A stretch of 64,000 nucleotides of DNA from Candidatus Omnitrophota bacterium. Its GTDB lineage: Bacteria; Omnitrophota; Omnitrophia; Omnitrophales; Aquincolibacteriaceae. Below, in pieces: positions 1 through 9,509 of this stretch. The first letter of the stretch is position 1. Each line of letters begins with the position of its first letter. A model generated the notes under the pieces. That model was given only the letters and a program-made list of their open reading frames with translations. It was not told the origin of the DNA and ran no database searches. The stretch covers positions 127,150 to 191,149 of the forward strand of contig JAKJDL010000002.1 of assembly GCA_022705945.1 (NCBI GenBank), written 5' to 3'. The translations under genes were made by a program, and so were the position numbers.

Positions 1-1992
1 TTTATTACACCGTCGGTCGAAAAGTTTGAATGGGAGAAAATAAGCGGCCGTCTTTTGATTGAGCTTAAGGGTCTTCCCCTGAAAGATCCGGAGGGTGCGG
101 TGGCTTCGGCCCCGGGCGGCTGGTTTCTCGTCAAGGACGGTTCTTTGAACGGTTCCGGAGAGATCAACAAGAAACAAGGGGAATCCTCCGTGGGTTTTTC
201 GGCAGAGGCCAAGATCACCGATTTGGGATATGAGGTCCTGATAAATAAAACCTGGACATCGGCGTCCGCCGCCGATCTGGATATGACCCTGACCGGATCG
301 TGGGATCCCGTCGCGGAAGAATTAAAACTTACCAAATCCTCGATGGAGTTTCCTTTCGGAAGGCTTGAAACCAACGGGAGCTTGAGATTCGGAACGGGGG
401 AGATTCCCAATCTCTATTTTTCGGCCAAGGATATCGTTCTGGAAACCCTGGTTACTTATTTCCCTGGGATTGAAAATGTCCTTCCGTTCAAAATAGGATT
501 TTCAGGAACGAGCCAGTGGATGCTGACTCTCGCGGGGACCATAGACCATCTCTCCCTGCATCTCAGCGTTGATCTTGTCCAGACGCTTTTGACCTATGGT
601 CACTATTTCACCAAGCCCAAAAATATTCCCCTGACGGTTTCCGCCGATTATCTTGTCCAGAAAGGAGCCGCGCTATCCGGGGATTTTTCAGTGCGCTTTC
701 AGGATATGTCGCTCAAGGGCAATTTGACGGATCTTGATATGAAATCAGGAACGGGGCAGTTGAACATCCTGACGAACAAATTCACCATGACGGGACTTGA
801 ACAATTTGTCCCGGCACTCCAGGGCTACAAAGTAGGGGGCAGTGCGAAGATCCTTGCCAACTGGAAGGGAGATCTTCGACAGCCGGATAAAACCCAGCAG
901 ATCTTCAACCTTACGGTAGAAAACGGATCGTGGACCAATGCCGCCGGACAAGGGGTCAAGAATGCCGGATTTTCGATTGATTACAGCCCGCTCATGCTGG
1001 AAGGACGCGACATGCATTTTGACATCGGACGGTCTCCGTTTGCGGCGGATCTCAAGATCACCGGGATTGGAGAAAACCCCGAAATAGCCGCAAAAATCTC
1101 ATCGGCCGAAATGAACCCGGTTGAAATCTGCGACGCTGTTATTTCTCTGCTTCCTTCCGACACTGAACAGACTGCGAAAGATACGCTAGATCAGATTAAA
1201 AAATCCCTTGCGGGATTTTTTGAGGGAAACGAGAAGGTCAAGGATGTTACAGCCGGAATTCTTTATAGCGGTCAAAAATGGCAGGTTCCCGATTTTCAGT
1301 CCCGTTTTTATGACGGAACCGTTAAATTTCAGGGGGAGGTTGATACGACTGTCCTGCCCATTGCTTATCGGGTTCGTGGGGATGTTGACGGACTTGACCT
1401 TGACCGTTTTTTGAGCCGTCAAAATCCCGGAAAGAAATTGCTGGAGGGTTCCCTGCGCCTCGGTTTTTCTTTGGAAGGATCGGGGTGGGGAGAGGAGGCC
1501 TGGAACCGGTCATTGACCGGACGGGGACGGTTTACCGTTGTTGACGGCAAATTTTATTTTTTGGATTTGCCGGGTGCGATTGAGGTTATGGAGCCTTTTA
1601 GAGGCCTTTCCGGGAAGCTGGAAGCCCCGAACGCCTTTCGCGAGATCGATTTCAGCTGGGATATGAACTCCGGCAAGATCTCGACCGAGAATTTTCTTGT
1701 GAAAGGCGGGGATTATGTGGTGGACGGTGAAGGGACATTCGGCATGGATGGTTTTTTGAATTTCAGGTGGGATGTTTTTTTGAATTCTTTGTGCGCCTCC
1801 GAAATTTTCCCCGATATGGCGGGGATCCTTCGCAAGGAGCCCAAGGCTTATTTTGGGCCGATCACGATGCTGGTTTCCGGACCTCTTGGGCGTCCTGAGA
1901 TTAAACCTGATCCCTCCCGGACCGAGGATTTGTTCCAGAAGATCCAGAAGAACAAGGCGAAGTCATTGCTTTACGAGCTTGTGCTGGACTGA
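1..1992 (+). CDS. AsmA-family protein, C-terminal part (5' end lies upstream of the window)
   Basis: The reading frame is open from base 1 with no upstream stop. The C-terminal region (RFTVVDGKFYFLDLPG...FSWDMNSGKISTENFLVKGGDYVVDGEGTF) resembles the AsmA/TamB-like C-terminal domain. The family call is by recall only. Confidence 0.45.
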   Translation, partial: FITPSVEKFEWEKISGRLLIELKGLPLKDPEGAVASAPGGWFLVKDGSLNGSGEINKKQGESSVGFSAEAKITDLGYEVLINKTWTSASAADLDMTLTGSWDPVAEELKLTKSSMEFPFGRLETNGSLRFGTGEIPNLYFSAKDIVLETLVTYFPGIENVLPFKIGFSGTSQWMLTLAGTIDHLSLHLSVDLVQTLLTYGHYFTKPKNIPLTVSADYLVQKGAALSGDFSVRFQDMSLKGNLTDLDMKSGTGQLNILTNKFTMTGLEQFVPALQGYKVGGSAKILANWKGDLRQPDKTQQIFNLTVENGSWTNAAGQGVKNAGFSIDYSPLMLEGRDMHFDIGRSPFAADLKITGIGENPEIAAKISSAEMNPVEICDAVISLLPSDTEQTAKDTLDQIKKSLAGFFEGNEKVKDVTAGILYSGQKWQVPDFQSRFYDGTVKFQGEVDTTVLPIAYRVRGDVDGLDLDRFLSRQNPGKKLLEGSLRLGFSLEGSGWGEEAWNRSLTGRGRFTVVDGKFYFLDLPGAIEVMEPFRGLSGKLEAPNAFREIDFSWDMNSGKISTENFLVKGGDYVVDGEGTFGMDGFLNFRWDVFLNSLCASEIFPDMAGILRKEPKAYFGPITMLVSGPLGRPEIKPDPSRTEDLFQKIQKNKAKSLLYELVLD

Positions 1993-1996
1993 TCCG

Positions 1997-2033
1997 CGGG
2001 AGAGGAACCTCCCGGTTCTTATTTTTCCTGTCT
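1997..2033 (+). terminator. Hairpin plus T-rich tract after the AsmA-like gene; it overlaps the 3' end of the convergent rnc
   Basis: cgggagaggaacctcccg stem-loop followed by gttcttattttt, immediately after the stop at 1992. Confidence 0.3.
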
Positions 2034-2720
2034 AAGAAGCTTCAGCAACTTCCTGGCGGCTTTGAGTTCCGATTCTTTTTTGAATTTATGGAACGCCGAT
2101 GCTTTTCTCTTGCCGCCCGCCGCGACAGTTGTGGTAACTCCCTTCATGCTGAATTTATAGGAATATTGAGGAAGTTTTTGCCAGCGTTTGAGAGTAAGTT
2201 CCTGCAGGGTGCTTTTGGGATTGGGGTCAAGACGGAAAAGCCGTTTGGGATCAAAGTATTCCCGGTAATGTTTCAGGATGAAAAGTTCTGTTTTTTTTCT
2301 GCCCAGGTCAAAAAAAACTGCCGCGAAAATCGATTCCATCACGTCTGTCATAAGCTTGTACTTGTAGGGAGTTTTCATTGCCTGGCGAAGGCTATTGCCG
2401 AGGCGGATCAATTTATGGAGCTTCAGTTTTGATGCGATCCGGCCCAGTATCTTTTGTGAAACCAGGATCGAACGGAGTTTGGAAAGCATCCCTTCGTCTG
2501 CGTCAGGGAAGTCGGCATAGAGACGCTGGCAAATCACCTCGTTCAGGATAGCGTCCCCGAGGAATTCCAGTCGATCAAAGTCGGGGAGATTTTTTTTAGT
2601 GCGGGTTTCATTCCGGAACGAAGGGTGAGTGAACGCTGCTTCGAAGTAGAAGATTCTTTTAACCGTCAGTCCTAATATTTTTTTCAGGCTTGTTTTTGAA
2701 ATGGGGGCCGGTTCCTTCAT
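2019..2720 (-). CDS. rnc: Ribonuclease III
   Basis: RNase III signature ERLEFLGDAILNEVICQRLY and a C-terminal dsRBD-like K/R-rich region. 233 aa. Confidence 0.85.
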   Translation of the reverse strand: MKEPAPISKTSLKKILGLTVKRIFYFEAAFTHPSFRNETRTKKNLPDFDRLEFLGDAILNEVICQRLYADFPDADEGMLSKLRSILVSQKILGRIASKLKLHKLIRLGNSLRQAMKTPYKYKLMTDVMESIFAAVFFDLGRKKTELFILKHYREYFDPKRLFRLDPNPKSTLQELTLKRWQKLPQYSYKFSMKGVTTTVAAGGKRKASAFHKFKKESELKAARKLLKLLRQEK

Positions 2721-2845
2721 AGAACATTTAAGATAGGATCTTTGATGCCTGGTGTCAATTGAAATCGATGTAACTTGAAGATTGCCAGCATGTTACGGCT
2801 GATTCAGCCGGGAGGTTTTTCGCAAAATTGACGTAACTTCTTAAA

Positions 2846-2875
2846 TTGACAAAGGATAGAGACGTTCCCTATAAT
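2846..2875 (+). promoter_or_regulatory. sigma70-like promoter of the arg operon (-35 TTGACA, 18-nt spacer, -10 TATAAT)
   Basis: TTGACA at 2846-2851 and TATAAT at 2870-2875, about 85 nt upstream of the argC start. Upstream repeats of GTAACTT / TTGACGTAACTT suggest operator sites. Confidence 0.45.
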
Positions 2876-2959
2876 ACAAAACCGGTTTGCCGTTATGTGC
2901 CAAGGCGCAAGTCAGGGTTTTATCGGGACTCACTTTCACGGGAGGAAAAAATAACCGCA

Positions 2960-3985
2960 ATGCTGAATTGTGCTGTGCTCGGTGCGACAGGATATACAGG
3001 TGCTGAGCTCACGAGAATTTTGCTTGCCCATCCGAATGTTCGGATCACCCACCTTACCACAAGACAGGAAAAATCCATCCCCTTAAGGGAGATTCTTCCT
3101 TCCGTCTCCAGGGACGTCAAGCTCGCAATCACTCCTTATAATTTCGAAAATGTTAAAAGGAAGGCGGATGTTGTTTTTCTCTGCCTCCCTCATACCGAGG
3201 CGATGACGACGGGCGATCTTTTCCTCAAGGCGGGCAAAGTCGTTATTGATCTTTCGGCGGATTTCCGTTTGAAGGACCCGGCTCTTTATCCTAAATGGTA
3301 TGGAGTGGAGCACGCTTTTCCTGCAAGGCTTAAACAGGCTGTTTACGGGCTCTGCGAAGTGAATCGCTCCAGGATTCGGAAGGCCAGGCTCATCTCAAAT
3401 CCCGGCTGTTACCCGACAGGGCCTTCGATCGCGTTGATGCCGCTTTTAGGGAAAAAACTGATTGCTCCCGGGTCTATCATTATCAATGCGGCTTCCGGTA
3501 CCAGCGGGGCAGGGAAAAAACTGGTGCCTGCGACCCAGTTTTGTGAAGTGAACGAAAACTATACGGCTTATAAGGTCAACAAGCACCAGCACATTCCCGA
3601 GATCGAGCAGAATCTTTCCGGGGCGGCCGGCGAAAAAATAAAAGTTACTTTCATCCCACACCTTCTGCCCGTTCAGCGGGGGATCCTTGCGACGATCTAT
3701 GCGGAACCCGCTAAAGCTTCGGTGACGGAAGATTCAATCCGCAAGGTTTTGGAAAACGCTTATGCAAAGGATCCTTTTGTCAGGATCAAACCTGCGGGGC
3801 AGTTCCCGAGCCTGAAAGATGTGAGGCACACTAATTTTTGCGACGTGGGAGTCTCGATGGATGTGAGAACGGGGAGGCTGGTTGTTTTTTCCGCGATCGA
3901 TAATCTTTTAAAAGGCGCCTCAGGGCAGGCAGTCCAGAACATGAATATCCGTTTCGGTTTCCCCGAGGGAGCGGGGCTTATCTAA
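2960..3985 (+). CDS. argC: N-acetyl-gamma-glutamyl-phosphate reductase
   Basis: N-terminus MLNCAVLGATGYTGAELTRIL (NAD-binding) and catalytic NPGCYPTG motif. A GGAGG RBS precedes the ATG at 2960. The ORF-track start at 2846 is upstream of the likely true start. Confidence 0.9.
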   Translation: MLNCAVLGATGYTGAELTRILLAHPNVRITHLTTRQEKSIPLREILPSVSRDVKLAITPYNFENVKRKADVVFLCLPHTEAMTTGDLFLKAGKVVIDLSADFRLKDPALYPKWYGVEHAFPARLKQAVYGLCEVNRSRIRKARLISNPGCYPTGPSIALMPLLGKKLIAPGSIIINAASGTSGAGKKLVPATQFCEVNENYTAYKVNKHQHIPEIEQNLSGAAGEKIKVTFIPHLLPVQRGILATIYAEPAKASVTEDSIRKVLENAYAKDPFVRIKPAGQFPSLKDVRHTNFCDVGVSMDVRTGRLVVFSAIDNLLKGASGQAVQNMNIRFGFPEGAGLI

Positions 3986-5206
3986 ATGAAAAAAACATTT
4001 TGGAAAAAAGAGAAGAACGGTTCTGTCACGACCCCGGTCGGTTTTGTCGCGAACGGCTTGCACGCCGGGATCAAAAAGAAAAAGAAGCGGTATGATGTTT
4101 CCCTGATTTTTTCGAAGACGCCTTGCGTCGCGGCGGGGACATTCACGACGAATCGCGCCAAGGCGTGGCCCGTGCTCCGGTCCATGAAAGCGATCAATGC
4201 GCCCCGGCATCATGCGATCCTCGGAACGAGCGGGAACGCGAACTGCCTCAACGGCCCTATCGGCAAAAAAGCGGTTGATGAGTTGGTATGGGAAACGGCC
4301 AAATGTCTCGATGTTTTACCGGGCGAGGTTCTGATCGCGCAGACCGGCATTATCGGCGTCCCGTTTCCGATTACCCGCGTAAAACGTGCGATCCCGAAAC
4401 TTGTTGCCCGTCTTTCGGAAAAAGGAGGCCACGGGGCAGCCAAAGGGATCCTTACCACCGATCTTTCCGAAAAAGAGATCGCGCTCTCCGTCGAGATCGG
4501 CGGACGGAAAGTGACTATTGCGGCCTGTGCGAAGGGGGCCGGTATGGTGCATCCGAACATGGCGACGATGCTTTGTTTTATCACGACTGATTGCGCCATC
4601 ACGAAACCGATGCTCCGGCGGGCCGTCAGGCATGCGGCGGATGACACATTCAATCAGATGGCAATCGACAATGACATGAGCACAAACGATATGGTGCTCT
4701 GCCTTGCCAACGGTATGGCGCATAATCCGACGATCACGAAAGTCGGCCGGGATTACTGGATGTTCCGCGAGGCCTTGGAAGAGGTGATGCGCTACATTGC
4801 CTATGAAATGGTGAAAGACGGCGAAGGCGTTACTCACGTGTGCAAGCTTCGGGTTTCAGGAGCGAAAACACCGACGGACGCCGAACGGGCAGCCCGGCAG
4901 ATCGCGAATTCGATGCTTTTCAAGACCATGCTTGCGGGGTCGAATCCGAACTGGGGCCGCATTGCGGCGGCGGTAGGAGCAAGCGGTGTGGATTTCAATC
5001 CTAACCACCTCAGTATTTCTTTCGGAGATGCCGAGGTTGTGCATTTGGGGAAGCTCCGGGTGCTGAATCTTCCCAAGGCCCGGAAGATCCTCCAGAAAAA
5101 GGAATACACGATCGATGTCAAGATCGGAAAAGGACGCGGGCGCGCGGAATTTGTCACTTCCGATCTTACGACCAAATACGTACTGATCAACGCAGCCTAC
5201 TCTTAA
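3986..5206 (+). CDS. argJ: Bifunctional glutamate N-acetyltransferase / amino-acid acetyltransferase (ornithine acetyltransferase)
   Basis: ArgJ family with the autoproteolytic ATML site (HPNMATMLCFITTDCAI). Start overlaps the argC stop (TAAATG). Confidence 0.9.
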   Translation: MKKTFWKKEKNGSVTTPVGFVANGLHAGIKKKKKRYDVSLIFSKTPCVAAGTFTTNRAKAWPVLRSMKAINAPRHHAILGTSGNANCLNGPIGKKAVDELVWETAKCLDVLPGEVLIAQTGIIGVPFPITRVKRAIPKLVARLSEKGGHGAAKGILTTDLSEKEIALSVEIGGRKVTIAACAKGAGMVHPNMATMLCFITTDCAITKPMLRRAVRHAADDTFNQMAIDNDMSTNDMVLCLANGMAHNPTITKVGRDYWMFREALEEVMRYIAYEMVKDGEGVTHVCKLRVSGAKTPTDAERAARQIANSMLFKTMLAGSNPNWGRIAAAVGASGVDFNPNHLSISFGDAEVVHLGKLRVLNLPKARKILQKKEYTIDVKIGKGRGRAEFVTSDLTTKYVLINAAYS

Positions 5207-5251
5207 ATCAAAAGGAACGGAGTCCGGGGCCATGCCCCCGGCGCTGAAAGC

Positions 5252-6106
5252 ATGCAAAAGCTCATCGAAAAAGCAGGTGTTCTTATTGAAGCGCTTCCTT
5301 ACATCCAGAAGTTCCGGGGCAAGGAGGTTCTGATCAAGTATGGCGGTGCCGCGCTTACCTATCAGGAAGTGCGCGACATGGTGCTTCAGGATCTCGTGTT
5401 TATGAGTTACATGGGGATCCGCCCGATCCTGATTCACGGCGGCGGGAAATTTATTACCGAAAACATGAAAAAGAAGGGGATCCAGAGCCAGTTTGTCAAC
5501 GGGCTCCGGGTCACGGATAAGCCGGTGATCTCGGTGGTGAATGAGACTCTGGCCGAGCTGAACCGGAGCATTGTGCGCGATATTGAAAGGCTCGGCGGTT
5601 CCGCGGTCGGTCTTTCGGGTTTTGATGCCGAAATTCTGAACGTGGTCAGGCATACTGAAAGCGGCGACGTGGGCTATGTCGGGGATGTGTCTTCGGTCAA
5701 TACGGTGCCGATCAAGGAATTGACGGAATTCGGGCGAATCCCGGTTATTTTCCCGGTCGGGAAAGGACCCGACGGCGAGATGTATAACGTCAACGCGGAC
5801 GAGGCGGCCGCGAATATTGCATCGGCGATGCAGGTTCAGAAGTTCATGGTGCTTACGAACGTGAGAGGGATATTGAGGGATGCTGCGGATGACGAGACCT
5901 TGATACCGTCCCTTCAGGTGGGTGACACCCAGAAGCTCATTGACCAGGGCGTGATCTCAGGCGGAATGATCCCCAAGGTGAAAGCCTGTATTGATGCCCT
6001 TCAGGGCGGCGTCCAGAAAGCTCATATTATTGACGGCCGCATTACGCACGCTCTTTTGCTCGAAATCTTTACCGACCAGGGTATCGGAACGGAAATAACT
6101 CTTTAG
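5252..6106 (+). CDS. argB: Acetylglutamate kinase
   Basis: EVLIKYGGAALT and HGGG motifs of the amino-acid kinase family. 284 aa. Confidence 0.9.
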   Translation: MQKLIEKAGVLIEALPYIQKFRGKEVLIKYGGAALTYQEVRDMVLQDLVFMSYMGIRPILIHGGGKFITENMKKKGIQSQFVNGLRVTDKPVISVVNETLAELNRSIVRDIERLGGSAVGLSGFDAEILNVVRHTESGDVGYVGDVSSVNTVPIKELTEFGRIPVIFPVGKGPDGEMYNVNADEAAANIASAMQVQKFMVLTNVRGILRDAADDETLIPSLQVGDTQKLIDQGVISGGMIPKVKACIDALQGGVQKAHIIDGRITHALLLEIFTDQGIGTEITL

Positions 6107-6171
6107 GGTGTCGGGGGAAGAGGGAAGGTTTTAAACTTGTTCCTTGATCCTGATATCTTATCCATAATTTT

Positions 6172-7395
6172 ATGAAAACCGCTGACGTCCAAAAATTATA
6201 TCAAGCATTCGTGCTTCCGACCTACACACAGGTACCGGTCTGTCTTGTCAAGGGAAAGGGCTCGCGTGTTTGGGACCTGGAGGGCAGGGAATACCTGGAT
6301 TTTTTCCCGGGTTGGGGTGTTTCGGCTCTCGGGCATTGTCATCCGGCCGTTGTCAATGCGCTCAAACATCAGGCCCGGACGATGCTGCATATCCCGAATA
6401 ATTTTTTTAATATCAAACAGGCGGAACTTGCGAGCCGAATCTCCGAAGAGTCATTTCCGGCCCGTGTTTTTTTCTGCAATTCGGGCGCGGAGGCGAACGA
6501 GGGAGCAATCAAATTCGCCAAAAGATACGGGACGGATACCGGTCGTTACGAGATCATCACGATGAAGCGGTCTTTTCACGGGAGAACGCTTGCGGCGATG
6601 AGGGCGACGGGTCAGGACAAGTTTCATGAGGGTTTCCAGCCGCTTATGGAAAAATTCCTGCACGCCGATTTTAACGATCTTGATTCCGTGAAAGCGCTGG
6701 TAACGCCGAAAACGATAGCGGTCATGCTCGAGCCGATCCAGGGAGAGGGAGGCATCCACGTCGCAAAACCCGGATTCATGGAAGGGCTCCGGAAGCTTTG
6801 CGATGAACGCGATATGCTTCTGATCCTGGATGAAGTTCAAACGGGAATGGGGCGCACCGGCAAAATGTTCGCCTACCAGCATTATCACGGCATTGAACCG
6901 GATGTCATGACGCTTTCGAAAGCGCTCGGCGGCGGTATGCCGATCGGGGCGTTTGTTGTGAACCGGAGAATTAAAAAGGAAGTTCTCACGGCAGGGATGC
7001 ATGGCTCGACCTTTGGCGGCAGTCCGTTGGCCTGCGCGGCATCGCTGGCTGTTTTCAAGACGATTCGGAAAGACGGACTCCTTGCGCATACCGTGAGGAT
7101 GGGAGAGCTCCTGAGCGCCGGATTTGATAAGCTTATGGACAAGTATCCCGTCATTGAAGAATCACGCGGGATGGCTCTCATGGCGGCTCTGAAACTGAAA
7201 GAAGCGTCCGCTCCCTACGCCCAGGAAGCCCGGGATCAGGGACTATTGATCAATGCGACTCAGGGAGATGTGCTCCGGGTCCTGCCGGCGCTCACGGTTT
7301 CCGTCAAGGAAGTCCGGAAAGCCCTTGGGATCCTTGATCGGGTATTTGAAAAACTGTCCGGGAAAAAAGAAGACTGCTCATGTTCAACTCATTAA
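6172..7395 (+). CDS. argD: Acetylornithine aminotransferase (class III PLP aminotransferase)
   Basis: Class III aminotransferase motifs (LILDEVQTGMGRTGKMFA, TLSKALGGG). Position inside the arg operon. Confidence 0.85.
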   Translation: MKTADVQKLYQAFVLPTYTQVPVCLVKGKGSRVWDLEGREYLDFFPGWGVSALGHCHPAVVNALKHQARTMLHIPNNFFNIKQAELASRISEESFPARVFFCNSGAEANEGAIKFAKRYGTDTGRYEIITMKRSFHGRTLAAMRATGQDKFHEGFQPLMEKFLHADFNDLDSVKALVTPKTIAVMLEPIQGEGGIHVAKPGFMEGLRKLCDERDMLLILDEVQTGMGRTGKMFAYQHYHGIEPDVMTLSKALGGGMPIGAFVVNRRIKKEVLTAGMHGSTFGGSPLACAASLAVFKTIRKDGLLAHTVRMGELLSAGFDKLMDKYPVIEESRGMALMAALKLKEASAPYAQEARDQGLLINATQGDVLRVLPALTVSVKEVRKALGILDRVFEKLSGKKEDCSCSTH

Positions 7396-8309
7396 TCTCG
7401 ATTAACGATCTCGATACGGAAGGGATCAAAACACTTTTCCGGCTCGCGGATGAGTTGAAAAAAAAGCCTCAGGATTTCCGCAATGTCCTTGAAGGGCGCA
7501 TCTTCGGGTTTATCTTCGAGAAACCGTCCACGAGGACCTGGGTTTCATTTCAGGCGGGAATTTTTTCGATGGGCGGCGGCGTGATTTATCTCGGTCCCGA
7601 AGATATCAAGCTGGGGGTCCGGGAAGAAGTGCGGGATGTCGCGCGCGTATTGAACCGCTATCTTGCGGGCTGCGTGCTCAGGACTTTTTCACATTGGACC
7701 ATCACTGAGTTCAGGGACTATTTTGAAAAGCCGGTGATTAACGGCCTTAGTGACAAGGAACATCCCTGTCAGGCGCTGGCTGATTACATGACGCTTTATG
7801 AAAAGATTCCGGCTGAAAAAGATCCTGTCCTGGCTTTTGTCGGGGACGGCAATAATGTGCTTCATTCCTTACTTCTTGTGACCGCGAAGCTCGGCGCCAA
7901 GATCCGTTATGCGACCCCCAAAAAATACCAGCCTTCCCCGAAGATCGTGAAAGCCGCGAAGGATATCGCCAAAAAGACAGGGGCCGTGATCGAAGGATTT
8001 TTTGATCCGGTCGAAGCCGTGGCGGGCGCGGATGCGATCTATACGGATGTCTGGGTCAGTATGGGCGAAGAGGCAATTCGGAAAAAGAAGCTGAAGGATT
8101 TCCAGGGGATGCAGGTCAATAAAGAGCTTGTGGCAAAAGCGAAAAAGGGCGCGTTCATCATGCACTGCCTTCCGGCCCGCAGGGGAGAAGAGATTACGGA
8201 CAGTGTGATAGAAAGCAAGAACAGCATTGTCTTTGACGAGGCCGAGAACCGGATTCACATTCAAAAAGCCATTTTGCTTCATCTTCTTAACGAAGGAGCT
8301 ATCCGATGA
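7380..8309 (+). CDS. argF: Ornithine carbamoyltransferase
   Basis: STRTWVSFQ carbamoyl-phosphate-binding motif and HCLPA motif. Context in the arg operon. Confidence 0.85.
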   Translation: MFNSLISINDLDTEGIKTLFRLADELKKKPQDFRNVLEGRIFGFIFEKPSTRTWVSFQAGIFSMGGGVIYLGPEDIKLGVREEVRDVARVLNRYLAGCVLRTFSHWTITEFRDYFEKPVINGLSDKEHPCQALADYMTLYEKIPAEKDPVLAFVGDGNNVLHSLLLVTAKLGAKIRYATPKKYQPSPKIVKAAKDIAKKTGAVIEGFFDPVEAVAGADAIYTDVWVSMGEEAIRKKKLKDFQGMQVNKELVAKAKKGAFIMHCLPARRGEEITDSVIESKNSIVFDEAENRIHIQKAILLHLLNEGAIR

Positions 8310-9489
8310 AAAAAATTGTATTGGCGTATTCGGGAGGTCTTGATACCTCCTGCGCGGTCAAGTGGTTGCAGGAACAGTATGGGTTTGAGGTGATTTGTTT
8401 TTCGGCGTTCATAGGTGAGGTGAAGAACAAGGCAAAACTCGTGAAGCGTGCGGAAGCGGCGGGCGCGATCAAGACGTTTGTTGTGGACCTCAAGGAAGAA
8501 TTCGCGAAGGATTACATTCTTCCGGCTGTTTGGGCGCATGCCCGTTATGAGGGGAAGTATCCTCTTGCGACGGCTCTCGGAAGGCCCATGATTGCGAAGC
8601 ATCTGGTCAGCGTTGCCGAGCGGGAAGGCGCCGAAGCGGTGGCCCACGGGTGTACGGGGAAAGGAAATGATCAGGTCCGCATTGAAGTCGGCGTGAGAAC
8701 GCTCAATCCGGATTTGAAGATTGTGGCGCCTCTCAGGGAATGGGAATTTAGGACCCGCGAAGAAGAGATCGAATATGCCCGGGAGAAAAATATCCCTATC
8801 GATGTGACCAAAAAAAGTATTTATTCGATAGATAAAAACATCTGGGGGATCGCGATCGAGGCGGGGTACTTGAAGACCCGATGCTTGAACCGCCGGAAGA
8901 CGCTTACGTCATGACGAGGTCTTATGACAAGGTCCCCAAAAGACCGAGATATATCGAGATCGATTTTGTCAAAGGGGTCCCTGTCAAATTGAACGGAAGA
9001 AAAATGCCCCTGGTTGCCCTGATCGAAAAACTGAATGAGATTGCCGGAGAATACGGTGTCGGGCGTTTTGACATGATCGAAAACCGGCTTGTCGGTATCA
9101 AGAGCCGCGAAGTTTACGAAGCGCCTGCCGCGGATGTCCTGCTGAAAGCCCATGAAGAGCTCGAGGGATTTGTCATGGATCGTGAGTTTATCCATTACAA
9201 ACGCATTTTATCCGAAAAATACTCCGAGCTTGTCTATTTCGGACTTTGGTTCTCTCCGCTCAAATGGGCGCTCGATGCCTTTTTTGCGTCGAACCAACAG
9301 CGGGTGACCGGCAGGGTGAGGATCAAGCTGGACCGGGGACATGCGATCTGTGTCGGTCGTGAATCCCGGTATGCCCTGTATCAGGAAAAACTTGCTACCT
9401 ATTCCAGGGGAGATACGTTTGACCGGAAGGCGGCGGCCGGATTTATGAAGATCTGGGGTCTTCCGTATGAAGGGATGTATAGAAACTGA
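8306..9489 (+). CDS. argG: Argininosuccinate synthase, interrupted by a single-base frameshift near 8861-8866
   Basis: The N-terminal half (AYSGGLDTSCAVKWL, 8306-8914) and the C-terminal half (MLEPPEDAY...GIKSREVYEAPAA, 8881-9489) are in different frames. Adding one G to the run gaggcgggg restores IAIE(A/G)GVLEDPMLEPPEDAY. Confidence 0.8.
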
Positions 9490-9509
9490 CGAAGCGGAAA
9501 GCAATTGCG

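Noticed and set aside
1853-2035. 60-aa ORF overlapping the AsmA-like 3' end and the terminator
   Set aside because: Alternative frame of a real gene; R/S/P-rich.
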